The translations under genes were made by a program, and so were the position numbers. DNA of 64,000 nt, from positions 23,156 through 87,155 of the IMG/VR virus record IMGVR_UViG_2654587547_000001; one strand, given 5' to 3'. This DNA is from a virus. Lineage: Duplodnaviria; Caudoviricetes. Below are positions 28,297-37,309 of the stretch, piece after piece (positions within the stretch are counted from its first letter, which is position 1; the number at the start of each line of letters is the position of its first letter). Below the pieces are notes generated by a model. It was not told the origin of the DNA. It did not search any database and saw nothing but the letters and a program-made list of their open reading frames with translations.

Positions 28297-29394
28297 TCAG
28301 TATGAAATTTTGATTGCGGGGATTTCCCCCTTGGCGATCAGCGTGACGGCCAACTTGGCGCACTCTTCGGTCATGCCGCCTTGCACGAAGGCCGACAGCG
28401 CGGCGCGGTTGACCTTGCCCTTGTGGGCTTTGTCGGCCTCACGACTGGCGGCTTCGGCCTCTTCCGCTGCCTTCGCGTCGGCCTGGCGCTTGATTTCTGC
28501 CTGGCGCGCAGCTTCGGCGGCTTGCTTCTCGCGCTCAAAGCCGGCGATACGATCCTGCTCGGCGCGTTGCTCGGCGGCGATCCTGTCCGCCTTGGCCTGG
28601 GCGGCTGCTTTTTCTGCCTGCTCGGCTTGCAGCTTCAGTTCAAGTTCGCGGCGGTCAGCTGCGGCTTTGGCTTCCTGCTCGCGGCGGATCACGGCCTCGC
28701 GTTCGGCCTGGGCGCGGGCTTCGGCTTCGCGCTGGGCTTGCTCGGCGGCTTCGCGGGCAATGCGCTCTTCGCGCTCTTTCTGCTCGCGGGCAGCTACCTC
28801 GGCACGCAAGCGGGCCAGTTCGGCCTGCTCGGCGTCGTACTTTTCGCGGGCCACCAAACGGTCACGAAGGCCGGACAGCGCCTTGTCCTTAGCTCGGGCG
28901 GCTTCCGCTTCGAATTCTTCCCATTCGGGACCGATGGCGATGGCTTCCACGGCGGCGAGGGCGGCGCGCAGTGATTCTGCGGATTCATTGCAGTTGACGA
29001 CCAGAGACGCAATGCCCTCGACTGCATCCTTGTGACGCTGTACGCGGTCTTCTTCGGCCTGCTCCCACTCCGTCAGCGGCCGGCGCACGTCGTCAGCCAG
29101 GGCGTCCAGCGTGTCGCGCATACGCTTGCGCTCGGCGTCGATGCGCTTCGGCACATCTTTCAGGTCATCCACCAACTGTTTGCCAATCCCGTCCAGGGCG
29201 GTCTTGACCTTGCGTACCTTGAAAGCCAGGCTGGCAATAGCCTCGCGGCCCTTCTTGGTCTTGAGGTCAGGCACATGCCCAGTCACCTCGGCGCGGATCT
29301 TCTCCAGCCAAGGCTCCAGGCCGCTGGGCTTGGAGTACACGGCCAGCGCGGATTCCTTCGGCGGCAGTTCCGCAAGTTCGGTCGTCTCGGTCAT
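28297..29394 (-). CDS. Coiled-coil phage protein (TolA-like repeats)
   Basis: GREAIASLAFKV...PKRIDAERKR.RD.LD.L...VRRPLTEWE; Ala/Glu/Arg-rich. Confidence 0.8.
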   Translation of the reverse strand: MTETTELAELPPKESALAVYSKPSGLEPWLEKIRAEVTGHVPDLKTKKGREAIASLAFKVRKVKTALDGIGKQLVDDLKDVPKRIDAERKRMRDTLDALADDVRRPLTEWEQAEEDRVQRHKDAVEGIASLVVNCNESAESLRAALAAVEAIAIGPEWEEFEAEAARAKDKALSGLRDRLVAREKYDAEQAELARLRAEVAAREQKEREERIAREAAEQAQREAEARAQAEREAVIRREQEAKAAADRRELELKLQAEQAEKAAAQAKADRIAAEQRAEQDRIAGFEREKQAAEAARQAEIKRQADAKAAEEAEAASREADKAHKGKVNRAALSAFVQGGMTEECAKLAVTLIAKGEIPAIKISY

Positions 29395-29556
29395 GTCAGT
29401 CCTTTGCGGCGTATGCGGTTTTGCTGCCGCCGTCCTGGGTGGTGAGGGTGGGGGATTGGGCGTCAAGCGTCGGGCCCAGTACGCAGGACATGAAGACGCC
29501 GGCGCAGAGGGCAGCGGCACCGATCAGAAGGTCGCCGTGGGCGCGCAGGAGGCGGA

Positions 29557-30186
29557 TCATTGCTGCTCTCCCTTGGCCTTGTTGATCGTGGCGCGCGCAT
29601 GGTCGACGGCGTCTTGCAGAACCTTCCGTTCGCCCGCGTGAGGAACACCGACAGCGCAGGCGCCGATGAGCATGATTTCCAGCGCTTCCAGCAAATCAGG
29701 CGCGGCGCGGCCTCGTGTCTCGCGGCGGATGCGCTCGATTTCGAGCGGGTTATTCAACGTGGGCGTTTCGCCCCAGGCGCAGCAGACAAATTTCCAGGAG
29801 TTGAGCTGCCACGGGACCGGATTGCAGATCACGCCGCCATGCGGGTGTACTTGGTGCGCAGTGATGCCCGGGACCTTTCCGCAGCGCGAGCAGGGTGAAA
29901 TCTCAAGGCCTTCAATGCCCAGCACCGCCGGTGTGCGCTGGTACTTGCCCGGCACAAAGGCCGTCGGGCGCCATTCGACTTCGCACTGCACGAGCACGCG
30001 ATAGCCGTCCCAATAGTCGAATTCCGGCGAAAGCACATCCGTGCCCCCAGCGCCGCGCATCCGCATTTTGGCGGCCACGATCAAGACCATGCCCGGCACA
30101 GTGCTGCTAGGTACGCGCCATTCGTACATGCCCGCCTCGGTAGGCACTTGATCCTTGAGGCGGACCCAGGCGTTATTCGTCGTCAT
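29557..30186 (-). CDS. Hypothetical phage protein
   Basis: 209 aa; C-terminal AAPDLLEAL module common in phage early genes. Confidence 0.65.
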   Translation of the reverse strand: MTTNNAWVRLKDQVPTEAGMYEWRVPSSTVPGMVLIVAAKMRMRGAGGTDVLSPEFDYWDGYRVLVQCEVEWRPTAFVPGKYQRTPAVLGIEGLEISPCSRCGKVPGITAHQVHPHGGVICNPVPWQLNSWKFVCCAWGETPTLNNPLEIERIRRETRGRAAPDLLEALEIMLIGACAVGVPHAGERKVLQDAVDHARATINKAKGEQQ

Positions 30187-30521
30187 GCTTCACCTCGCGC
30201 GGCCAGCATGGCTTTGCTGGTCAGCCACGCCTGATCAAAGGCGCGCATCGCGGCGTCAGGCGTGTCACCGAAGCCGCACACGCCGTCCTGCAAGTTATCG
30301 CCGTACAGCGCGCACCATTGATTGCCGTCCATGCTGATCGCGGGGCGGAAGACAGCGGCGGGGCGCTGCATTTCGTTGGTGATTTCCTGCGCGGCGCAAT
30401 GAATGATGTGGTTGGCGTTGCCGAAGGCATCGCGCATGGCGCTTTCCACGGCTTGGCCAATGTCGGCGTTGCCGATGCGGCTGCGCACTGCGTCAAATAC
30501 GGGTTGGTAGGTATCGCTCAT
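30183..30521 (-). CDS. Hypothetical phage protein
   Basis: DGNQWCALYGDNLQDGVCGFGDTP motif; ATGA overlap. Confidence 0.7.
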   Translation of the reverse strand: MSDTYQPVFDAVRSRIGNADIGQAVESAMRDAFGNANHIIHCAAQEITNEMQRPAAVFRPAISMDGNQWCALYGDNLQDGVCGFGDTPDAAMRAFDQAWLTSKAMLAARGEA

Positions 30522-30627
30522 GCTTCGCTCCACGGATCGAGGCGGACGTGCAGGCGCGAAAGGAAGTCGCCCACACGGCCCAAGGGGTACGCGGCGATCA
30601 GGCCGCACAGGATGAAAAGGGCGAGGG

Positions 30628-30993
30628 TCATTTGCGCGGCGCCAGTTCAAACCGGACGTCAAGCTGGCGCTCGGGGTCTTCGATCGCGTCCGCCACCGTC
30701 TCCACGTAATGCGCGCACGCGCCGTCCATGAACCGGGTGAACAGTTCGCCAATCCGGCCGAACGTGTCACCCATGGCGTAAGCCTTGGCCACGCTCTCAA
30801 AGGCTTCCGTCAGCGACTTGTCGCCAATGCTGTCCTCGTAGATCGCGTGCGCCACCGTCGTGCGGTTGGGCTCGGCCACCGCGTAAGTGATGACCTCTTG
30901 CATGCAGTCGCGCAGGGCTGCGCGCACGTCGCCGGCCAAGTCCATGCGAAGCTCTTGCTCGGGCGAAATCTTGAAATCGGGGCGGGCGTTCAT
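30628..30993 (-). CDS. Hypothetical phage protein
   Basis: 121 aa in early-left operon. Confidence 0.6.
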   Translation of the reverse strand: MNARPDFKISPEQELRMDLAGDVRAALRDCMQEVITYAVAEPNRTTVAHAIYEDSIGDKSLTEAFESVAKAYAMGDTFGRIGELFTRFMDGACAHYVETVADAIEDPERQLDVRFELAPRK

Positions 30994-30994
30994 C

Positions 30995-31396
30995 TCAGTT
31001 CCGCCCTTCACGGTCGATCAGGTCGGCCAACTCGCCGTAGTGCGCGGCAGCGCGAGCCCGCTCCATGTGCCGGTTCTCAGCCAGCACGCGGTAATAGCCC
31101 GGCAGCACAGCGGCACGGAAAGCCAGATAGTCGGAGCCCACGTTGCACGCCACACGCAGCGCCGTGCGCGCCGCAAGGCTGGCCGGCTGGCTGAACTGAT
31201 CGCCGAACCAAAACTTGCGCGACTGAAAAACCTTGTCCTGCGCGCTGGGGCGATTTGCCGGGTTCAGGCGATAGCCCACGATGCGGTCCCGAGTGAAGTC
31301 GCGCACCATCGAGCGCAGGGCCGACAGGTTCAGGAGGTATTCCGTTCCCTGGGCACCGATGCGCGCGGCGCGCCGTTGGATGCGATTGCGGTTCAT
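30995..31396 (-). CDS. Hypothetical phage protein
   Basis: AGGAG RBS, 133 aa. Confidence 0.6.
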   Translation of the reverse strand: MNRNRIQRRAARIGAQGTEYLLNLSALRSMVRDFTRDRIVGYRLNPANRPSAQDKVFQSRKFWFGDQFSQPASLAARTALRVACNVGSDYLAFRAAVLPGYYRVLAENRHMERARAAAHYGELADLIDREGRN

Positions 31397-31437
31397 GGTG
31401 GTCTCCTAGCCCCTACCGGGGCGGGTGGGGGGAAGGA

Positions 31438-31674
31438 TCAGCCGCGATGGGCGCGCTTGTTGCGGATCCGGTTGCGCTGCTTGGCGGCGGCGCGCTTCGC
31501 TTGGGCGACGGAACCGCTGGCGCTTTTGCGGGTGCCGTAGAACATGAGCGGCGCGCCAGGCTCGATAGCGACATTGCGGCTGCGCGAGGTCGCCGGGGTG
31601 GCACCCGCGGCACCGGTGGCGTTGGCCAGCCCAGCCATCAGAGCGGCGGCCAAAAGTCGTGAACGTCCCAACAT
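31438..31674 (-). CDS. First gene of PL operon; small basic protein with hydrophobic N-terminus
   Basis: GGGAG RBS, Arg/Lys-rich C-terminus. Confidence 0.55.
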   Translation of the reverse strand: MLGRSRLLAAALMAGLANATGAAGATPATSRSRNVAIEPGAPLMFYGTRKSASGSVAQAKRAAAKQRNRIRNKRAHRG

Positions 31675-31719
31675 CCTGTATCTCCCTGGTTGCTCACGGG
31701 TTGTGAGTGCATGGGAGTA

Positions 31720-31771
31720 ATCTTAGACGCCTAAGATTTGGTGTGTCAACAAAAACTTAGAGGACTAAGAT
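31720..31771 (-). promoter_or_regulatory. PL promoter with two operators
   Basis: Minus-strand TTGACA-18-TAAGAT; operators ATCTTAGACGCCTAAGAT (31720) and AACTTAGAGGACTAAGAT (31754). Confidence 0.85.
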
Positions 31772-31781
31772 TGATGTGCGT

Positions 31782-31805
31782 AAAAAAGCCCGCTGATTGC
31801 GGGCT
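31782..31805 (-). terminator. cI terminator
   Basis: Minus strand AGCCCGC-AATCA-GCGGGC followed by TTTTTT. Confidence 0.8.
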
Positions 31806-31818
31806 GCACTATGCGGCG

Positions 31819-32934
31819 TTACGAGCGACGCCACTGCCCTGATTCATCATCGCGTAGGCGGGAACCCGCCCAAACTACCTGGCCAAGCACGCGCACCGGG
31901 TGCCCGTTCTCAAGCGGAATATCTGGATAAGCTGGATTGAAGGACCGCGCAACCCAATGGTGGGTAAGCTTGTCGCGCGCGACGGTCTTCACGATCATCT
32001 TGCCGTCATAGTTGATCGCATAGACGCCACCAGCGGCCAAGTCGCGGATCGTCAGTTCCTCATTCGGCACGACCAGTAGGGCAGCGCCATCCCTGATGAC
32101 GGGTTCCATACTGTCGCCTTTTGCATAAACCACCCGTGCTTTGCCAGAGTCGGCCCCAACTTCCCGCAGGAACGAGCGGCGAAATTGGATCACGCCAGTT
32201 TGCAGTTCGTCCTGGTTTTCGATCCCGTCGCCTGCTGCTAAGCGCACCTCGGCCAATTCGGGGACTTTTTCGAACTTGTCGTTTGCCGCGTGCGGCTCGC
32301 CTGGCGCCACATTCGCGACCACGCCCACCTGCGTGCTGAGCCGAATCTTAGGATCACGTTCAGCTTGGGCCGTAGTCCTACCGCCTTCCCACGCGGCAGG
32401 CAAGCCCGGAATTCGCATAGGGAATGCATCGTCAGCATGGTCCATATCGATCAAACCGCCTGGCGTGTGCGTGCGCAGGCTCGCCGGGGCGGCTTTCAGC
32501 ACAGGGGCGGGGGTGGGGGTGGGTGCCACATTGACGCCCAACCGAAGCTGCGCGATTGCCAAGGCTAGCGCGCCCTGCAACGCGCTTAACTGCGCTGGAG
32601 GCAAGGCACGCACTTGCTCTTCAGGAATGTCGGGAAACGGCCAAGGGGCTGGCGCGGGGGAGGGGGCCGGCGCGTCTCCAGGCTGACCAACACCTTTGCG
32701 TTTTGGCCCAACGCCGTCATACAGCCACTGCGCGTTGACCCGCAGCAACGGTGCGACCTTCATGCAGGTCGCCATGTCCATGCCATTGGATCCGTTGAAC
32801 CAATGCGTCGCCGCCCCAGATGAAGCGTCTGCTGCCTTCCAAATATCCGTTTTCGTAAGGCGCGGCTCGCCCGCGTCCGAGCGACGGGCCGCTTCTTCCT
32901 CGAAGGCCTGCTTGATTCTTTCCTGAAAAGTCAT
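31819..32934 (-). CDS. cI: CI-like repressor (HTH plus S24 peptidase)
   Basis: N-terminal HTH, LAAG cleavage site, GDSMEP (Ser) and IVK (Lys); divergent from cro. Confidence 0.93.
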   Translation of the reverse strand: MTFQERIKQAFEEEAARRSDAGEPRLTKTDIWKAADASSGAATHWFNGSNGMDMATCMKVAPLLRVNAQWLYDGVGPKRKGVGQPGDAPAPSPAPAPWPFPDIPEEQVRALPPAQLSALQGALALAIAQLRLGVNVAPTPTPAPVLKAAPASLRTHTPGGLIDMDHADDAFPMRIPGLPAAWEGGRTTAQAERDPKIRLSTQVGVVANVAPGEPHAANDKFEKVPELAEVRLAAGDGIENQDELQTGVIQFRRSFLREVGADSGKARVVYAKGDSMEPVIRDGAALLVVPNEELTIRDLAAGGVYAINYDGKMIVKTVARDKLTHHWVARSFNPAYPDIPLENGHPVRVLGQVVWAGSRLRDDESGQWRRS

Positions 32935-32997
32935 CTTAGGATGCTAAACAAAAATGTTCTTAGATGGCTTGCATTTAGAATCTTAGACAACTAAGAT
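32933..32997. promoter_or_regulatory. OR region: three operators, PR and PRM
   Basis: ATCTTAGGATGCTAAACA (32933), TTCTTAGATGGCTTGCAT (32957), ATCTTAGACAACTAAGAT (32980); PR = TTGCAT-17-TAAGAT. Confidence 0.85.
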
Positions 32998-33004
32998 CCT
33001 ATGC

Positions 33005-33226
33005 ATGAGCGAACACAACCCTGACTCCAAATTGATCGATGCCTTCGGCGGTACTTCCAAGGTTGCGGCCATGTGCGGCCTGACCACGGGTGCTGTTTCC
33101 CAATGGCGAACCAACGGAATTCCCAAGGCGTGGCGTGAGTTCCTGCGCGTGTCCAAGCCGAAGGTGTTCAGAGAATGGGCATCGCAGCAGGCTAGCGCCG
33201 CGCCGGCGCAGCAGGAGGCGGCATGA
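33005..33226 (+). CDS. cro: Cro-like repressor
   Basis: IDAFGGTSKVAAMCGLTTGAVSQWRTNGIP HTH. Confidence 0.88.
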   Translation: MSEHNPDSKLIDAFGGTSKVAAMCGLTTGAVSQWRTNGIPKAWREFLRVSKPKVFREWASQQASAAPAQQEAA

Positions 33227-33231
33227 CCGCA

Positions 33232-33396
33232 TCAATGCACCGTCGCGCTTTCGCGCCCGTCAGTCGCCCACGCCGTGCGGTCACGCTCGGCGCGCAGCTC
33301 GTCAAAGATATCCAGCACGGCCTTTTCGCTCGGGTCCACGAAGGTGCGGCGGGCGATGTCTTGGGCGTGCTGCAGAAGCTTTTCGGTTTCGGTCAT
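33232..33396 (-). CDS. Small antisense gene (54 aa, not in ORF track)
   Basis: MTETEKLLQHAQDIARRTFVDPSEKAVLDIFDELRAERDRTAWATDGRESATVH; host-like codon usage. Confidence 0.55.
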   Translation of the reverse strand: MTETEKLLQHAQDIARRTFVDPSEKAVLDIFDELRAERDRTAWATDGRESATVH

Positions 33397-33481
33397 TTCG
33401 GGGCGCGTCGTGTTGTTGATGCGAAAAATTTTGGCCCGAAGCCACCCTGTAATTCATCTTGTAACTCCATTGGATTTTTCA

Positions 33482-33931
33482 ATGAGCTATCCCGTTGAAC
33501 AGCGGCGCTACCGCGAGCAATTCCGAATGCAACGCACGAGTGCGAGGGCGCGGGGACTGGCCTGGAATCTCACCTTTGATGAATGGCTCGAAATCTGGCA
33601 GTCATCCGGAAAGCTTGAGCAGCGCGGGCGCGGCAAGGGCAAGTACGTCATGAGCAGGAACGGGGACATCGGGCCCTACTGCGTCGGCAACGTCTCCATT
33701 CAGTTGTTTGAACAGAACATCAGTGACGCTTACCGCAACGTTCCGGAGAAATGCGCGCCGGCGCGACTTCGCGGTCGTGGCCGTGGCTGGACTTACCAGC
33801 GGGGCGCAAAGAAACCCTTCGTGGTTGTCTCTTGCGGCAAATACATCGGCTCGTTCATCACGGAAATCGAGGCAGTTGACGCCTACCGGCGAGCCACCGA
33901 AGCGGCCATCGCGGCCGCCTTTCCCTACTAA
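33482..33931 (+). CDS. HNH-like endonuclease with AP2-like C-terminus
   Basis: ARARGLAWNLTFDEW, MSRNGDIGPY..GNV.I....QN, YIGSF.TE.EA..AY. Confidence 0.65.
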   Translation: MSYPVEQRRYREQFRMQRTSARARGLAWNLTFDEWLEIWQSSGKLEQRGRGKGKYVMSRNGDIGPYCVGNVSIQLFEQNISDAYRNVPEKCAPARLRGRGRGWTYQRGAKKPFVVVSCGKYIGSFITEIEAVDAYRRATEAAIAAAFPY

Positions 33932-33941
33932 GCGAAGAGAA

Positions 33942-34316
33942 ATGCACACCCATCCCGCAGTTGTTTATGGCGCCAGTACCCCGACGGCGCCCGCCGGAAA
34001 GAGGTTCCTGCCGCCGTCGACGGTTGCCGCGTGCAGGACTTTCCGCGAAGCCGTGCGCCTCGCCTGGGACCATCGGACCCGCCCGAACATGACGCAGCGC
34101 AGCCTGGCCGAAGAGTGCGACCTGTACGCGCCTCACGTCAGCAGCTACCTGCACCCCGAACCCTTCGACGAGAAGAACCGGCCCCGGCTGAACCTTCCCG
34201 CCGACCGCATCGATGCCTTCGAAGAGGCCGTGGGCAACCACGCCATTCGCCAGTACCTCAACCATTTGGGCCGGCTGACGATTATGGAAGAAGTCATCGC
34301 CCAGAGGGCCGCATGA
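33942..34316 (+). CDS. CII-like HTH regulator
   Basis: MTQRSLAEECDLYAPHVSSYL HTH; between cro and replication genes. Confidence 0.65.
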   Translation: MHTHPAVVYGASTPTAPAGKRFLPPSTVAACRTFREAVRLAWDHRTRPNMTQRSLAEECDLYAPHVSSYLHPEPFDEKNRPRLNLPADRIDAFEEAVGNHAIRQYLNHLGRLTIMEEVIAQRAA

Positions 34317-34492
34317 CATATGAGCAAGCCCTTGCGATTGCCAAGCGCGCCTTTGAAGAAGAGTTGCGCCGGCACAACTGGGACCGCGCAAAGGCGTACG
34401 AAGAAATGATGCTGCGCGAAGACCGGGACCCACAACTCCGTGAAGCCTTCCGTGTGGCGGGCCTGCACTACGTATTTGCCACGAGACACTGA
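34313..34492 (+). CDS. Hypothetical protein
   Basis: ATGA overlap, 59 aa. Confidence 0.55.
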   Translation: MTYEQALAIAKRAFEEELRRHNWDRAKAYEEMMLREDRDPQLREAFRVAGLHYVFATRH

Positions 34493-34493
34493 C

Positions 34494-34904
34494 ATGCAGC
34501 GCTATCCCTTGAATCACCGCACGCGCCAGCGCGCCCACCGCGACATCGACGCGGCGCCGGACGGTCATTTGTTCATGCCGCCTGCTGAACCAACCGCCTC
34601 CGATGCGACCAAGCGAAAGATGTGGGCCATGCTTGGCGACATCGCGCGGCAAAAGCTGTGGCCCGTCAACGGCACGCCGCGGCGCCTGAAGGACAAGCAG
34701 TGGAAGGACATCTTCACCGCTGCACTGTCCCAAGAAAGCCTGACGGCCGAGGGCCTGTACGGCGGCGAAGTCCTGCTGGGTGAACACACCAGCGGCATGA
34801 GCCAGCGCAAGATGGGCGACCTGATCGAACTCATGTACGCCTGGGGCGCCAACAACGGCGTCGTCTGGTCCGAGAAGATCGACGTGCCGGAATGGGTGCG
34901 CTGA
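34494..34904 (+). CDS. ninB: NinB-family recombination protein
   Basis: KMWAMLGDIARQ..W....WKDIF...TSGMS..KM.DLIE...AWGA..GV.WS. Confidence 0.85.
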   Translation: MQRYPLNHRTRQRAHRDIDAAPDGHLFMPPAEPTASDATKRKMWAMLGDIARQKLWPVNGTPRRLKDKQWKDIFTAALSQESLTAEGLYGGEVLLGEHTSGMSQRKMGDLIELMYAWGANNGVVWSEKIDVPEWVR

Positions 34905-35302
34905 TGCTGCGCCGCTCCGAACTCAAGCGCAAGACGCCCATGTCAAGGGTGTCGCGGGTGTCGACCCCCCTGTCGAGGTCCCCCATCAAGCGCCGCTCGC
35001 CCAAGAAGCGCGCCGGCCACGAACCCAAGTACCTGGCCGCGTGCAAAGGCGAATGCTGCTACCTGCGCTTCCCCGGCTGCCGCAGCTATCCCGAAGACCC
35101 CACGGTCGTGCCCGCCCATCAGAACGAAGGGAAGGGCATGGGCCTGAAGGTCCACGACCGCTTTTCCGTTCCTGCCTGCCACTTCTGCCACGCGCTCTAC
35201 GACCAGAGCGGGACCGACCGAGAAATCAAGCGCGCCACGTTCGACTGGGCATACACCCGGTGGGTGCCCGTGCGCGCCAGCAAATTGCAGGAGGCCGCGT
35301 AA
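34904..35302 (+). CDS. DUF1364-like nuclease
   Basis: C.LR.PGC...TVVPAH...GMGLK.HD....ACHFCH. Confidence 0.75.
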   Translation: MLRRSELKRKTPMSRVSRVSTPLSRSPIKRRSPKKRAGHEPKYLAACKGECCYLRFPGCRSYPEDPTVVPAHQNEGKGMGLKVHDRFSVPACHFCHALYDQSGTDREIKRATFDWAYTRWVPVRASKLQEAA

Positions 35303-36003
35303 TGGCTGGCGATTGGATCAAGATGCGCGTCGACCTTCCGACGCATCCGAAAGTTGTCCGCATGGCGTCCGCTTGCAAAGCGGACAGATTGCGCGTCGTT
35401 GGCGGACTTTTGTCCGCTTGGAGTCTTTTCGATGTCCATTCCGTTGGTGGACAGCTTGAAGGTTACAGCCCGGAAGTTCTGGACGAGACGATCGGATTCC
35501 CCGGATTTGCGCACGCCATGATTGCCGTCGGCTGGCTCGAATTTGACGGTTCTTCCCTATGGATGCCTCGCTTTGAAGAGCATAACGGCCAGTCTGCCAA
35601 GAAGCGCGCACAGGACGCAGACAGGAAGCGAAACGACCGAAATTCGTCCGCTCCAGAAGCGGACAAAAAGCGGACTAGAGAAGAGAAGAGAAGAGAAGAA
35701 GAAAAGAACCCCCATAACCCCCGTTCCGGGGCAGAGGGCTGGTCGCTGCCGGACTGGGTTCCTGCTGAACCCTGGGGGCAATTCGAAGAAATGCGGCGGC
35801 GGAAGAAAAAGCCGATGACCGACGCGGCCCGCAAACTGGCCGTGACCAAGCTGGACACCCTGCGCAGTGCTGGCCACGACGTGGCAACGATGCTCGACCA
35901 GACCATCCTGCACGCCTGGGACACGTTCTATGCCCCGAAGACGAACGACGGGCCGTCGCAAGGCGCCTTGGGCAGTGACCAACCGTGGACGGGGGCAGTG
36001 TGA
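35302..36003 (+). CDS. Replication initiation protein
   Basis: MAGDWIKMR.DL.THPKV start; TREEKRREE linker; LPDWVP.E.W..F..MR. Confidence 0.8.
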   Translation: MAGDWIKMRVDLPTHPKVVRMASACKADRLRVVGGLLSAWSLFDVHSVGGQLEGYSPEVLDETIGFPGFAHAMIAVGWLEFDGSSLWMPRFEEHNGQSAKKRAQDADRKRNDRNSSAPEADKKRTREEKRREEEKNPHNPRSGAEGWSLPDWVPAEPWGQFEEMRRRKKKPMTDAARKLAVTKLDTLRSAGHDVATMLDQTILHAWDTFYAPKTNDGPSQGALGSDQPWTGAV

Positions 36004-36371
36004 TCGGCCATCAATCGCTCATCGCTGCCCGCATGTCGGGCTTCCAGCCTGCCGACGTCTGGCTGACCTGCGTGTCGTCCGAACCCGCCTACGGCAGCTT
36101 CACCCACCCAGAGGCGCAGCTTGGCCGCATGGTCAACGGGCGGTGGGTCGGCTTCCCCGAAATCCACGTGCGCGACGACGAGAACGCCATGGCGCTGGAC
36201 CTGCGCGTCTGCGTCGGCCTGGTGGTCCACGTCATGGCGCCGAGCCGCCGCCGCGCGCTGCAACTGATGCGCCGGGTGTCGGAGTGCGATCCGGCCAAGA
36301 TCATCGCATCCGGCCCGTGGGGCCTGGTCATCTGGCACCCGGCGCAAGAAACCCAGGAGTTCCCCGCATGA
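36000..36371 (+). CDS. Hypothetical protein
   Basis: GTGA and ATGA overlaps with both neighbours. Confidence 0.6.
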   Translation: MIGHQSLIAARMSGFQPADVWLTCVSSEPAYGSFTHPEAQLGRMVNGRWVGFPEIHVRDDENAMALDLRVCVGLVVHVMAPSRRRALQLMRRVSECDPAKIIASGPWGLVIWHPAQETQEFPA

Positions 36372-37309
36372 GCCAGATCCTTTCCGCTGACGACATCGAC
36401 TTTCAGGCGTACATGGAGGCCACCGAGCCGCAGGCCAAGGTGCTGGCGGCCGAGGCATGGCGCGACGATCTGGCGCGCGCCGTCGAACACGGCGAGCAGA
36501 TCACCGGGGCCAAGTTGCCATGGGCCAAGACGCACGACCTGCTGCGTTTCCGGGCCGGCGAGGTCACGCTGTGGCAGGGCATCAATGGCCACGGAAAAAG
36601 CGAACTGCTGGGCCAGGCCTGCATAGGCTTCGCCACCCAGGACGAGCGCGTGTGCATCGCCTCGTTCGAAATGAAACCGCAGTCCACGCTCAAGCGCATG
36701 TTGCGCCAAACCGCGATGAACGCCCGCCCCAGCGTTCAGGCGGTAGACCGGCTCATCGATTGGTCGCGTGATCGCCTCTGGTTGTACGACCAGCAGGGCA
36801 CCGTCAAGCCCGCGATGCTCTACGCCGTGGCGCGGTACTGCGCAGACCGCCTGAAGGTCCGCCACATGGTCATCGACAGCCTCATGAAATGCGTGCGTGG
36901 CGAGGATGACTACAACGGCCAGAAGGATTTCGTGGACACGCTCTGCACGCTGGCGCGCGACCTGGGCATGCACATCCACTTGGTGCACCACGCCAAGAAG
37001 GGCGAGAACGAAGACGCCGTGCCGGGCAAGTTCTCCGCCAAGGGCTCGGGCGCCATCGTCGACCAGGTAGACCAGATGCTGACCGTGTGGCGCAACAAAA
37101 AAAAGGAACGCATGGTTGAAGCCGAACTGCGCCTGAACGGCGAGGCCTCTGCCGAACTGCTGGACCTGCCCGACGCAATGCTCATCTGCGACAAGAACCG
37201 ACACGGCGAGTGGGAAGGGCGCATCAACCTCTGGCGCCACGCCGACAGCCTGCAATTCACCAGCGACAAACGTCGCCAACCCATTGACATGATCGGAGCA
37301 TTGGCATGA
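36368..37309 (+). CDS. DnaB/SF4-like replicative helicase
   Basis: Walker A GINGHGKS, SFEM, VIDSL, LVHH, KGSG, KNRHG. Confidence 0.9.
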   Translation: MSQILSADDIDFQAYMEATEPQAKVLAAEAWRDDLARAVEHGEQITGAKLPWAKTHDLLRFRAGEVTLWQGINGHGKSELLGQACIGFATQDERVCIASFEMKPQSTLKRMLRQTAMNARPSVQAVDRLIDWSRDRLWLYDQQGTVKPAMLYAVARYCADRLKVRHMVIDSLMKCVRGEDDYNGQKDFVDTLCTLARDLGMHIHLVHHAKKGENEDAVPGKFSAKGSGAIVDQVDQMLTVWRNKKKERMVEAELRLNGEASAELLDLPDAMLICDKNRHGEWEGRINLWRHADSLQFTSDKRRQPIDMIGALA

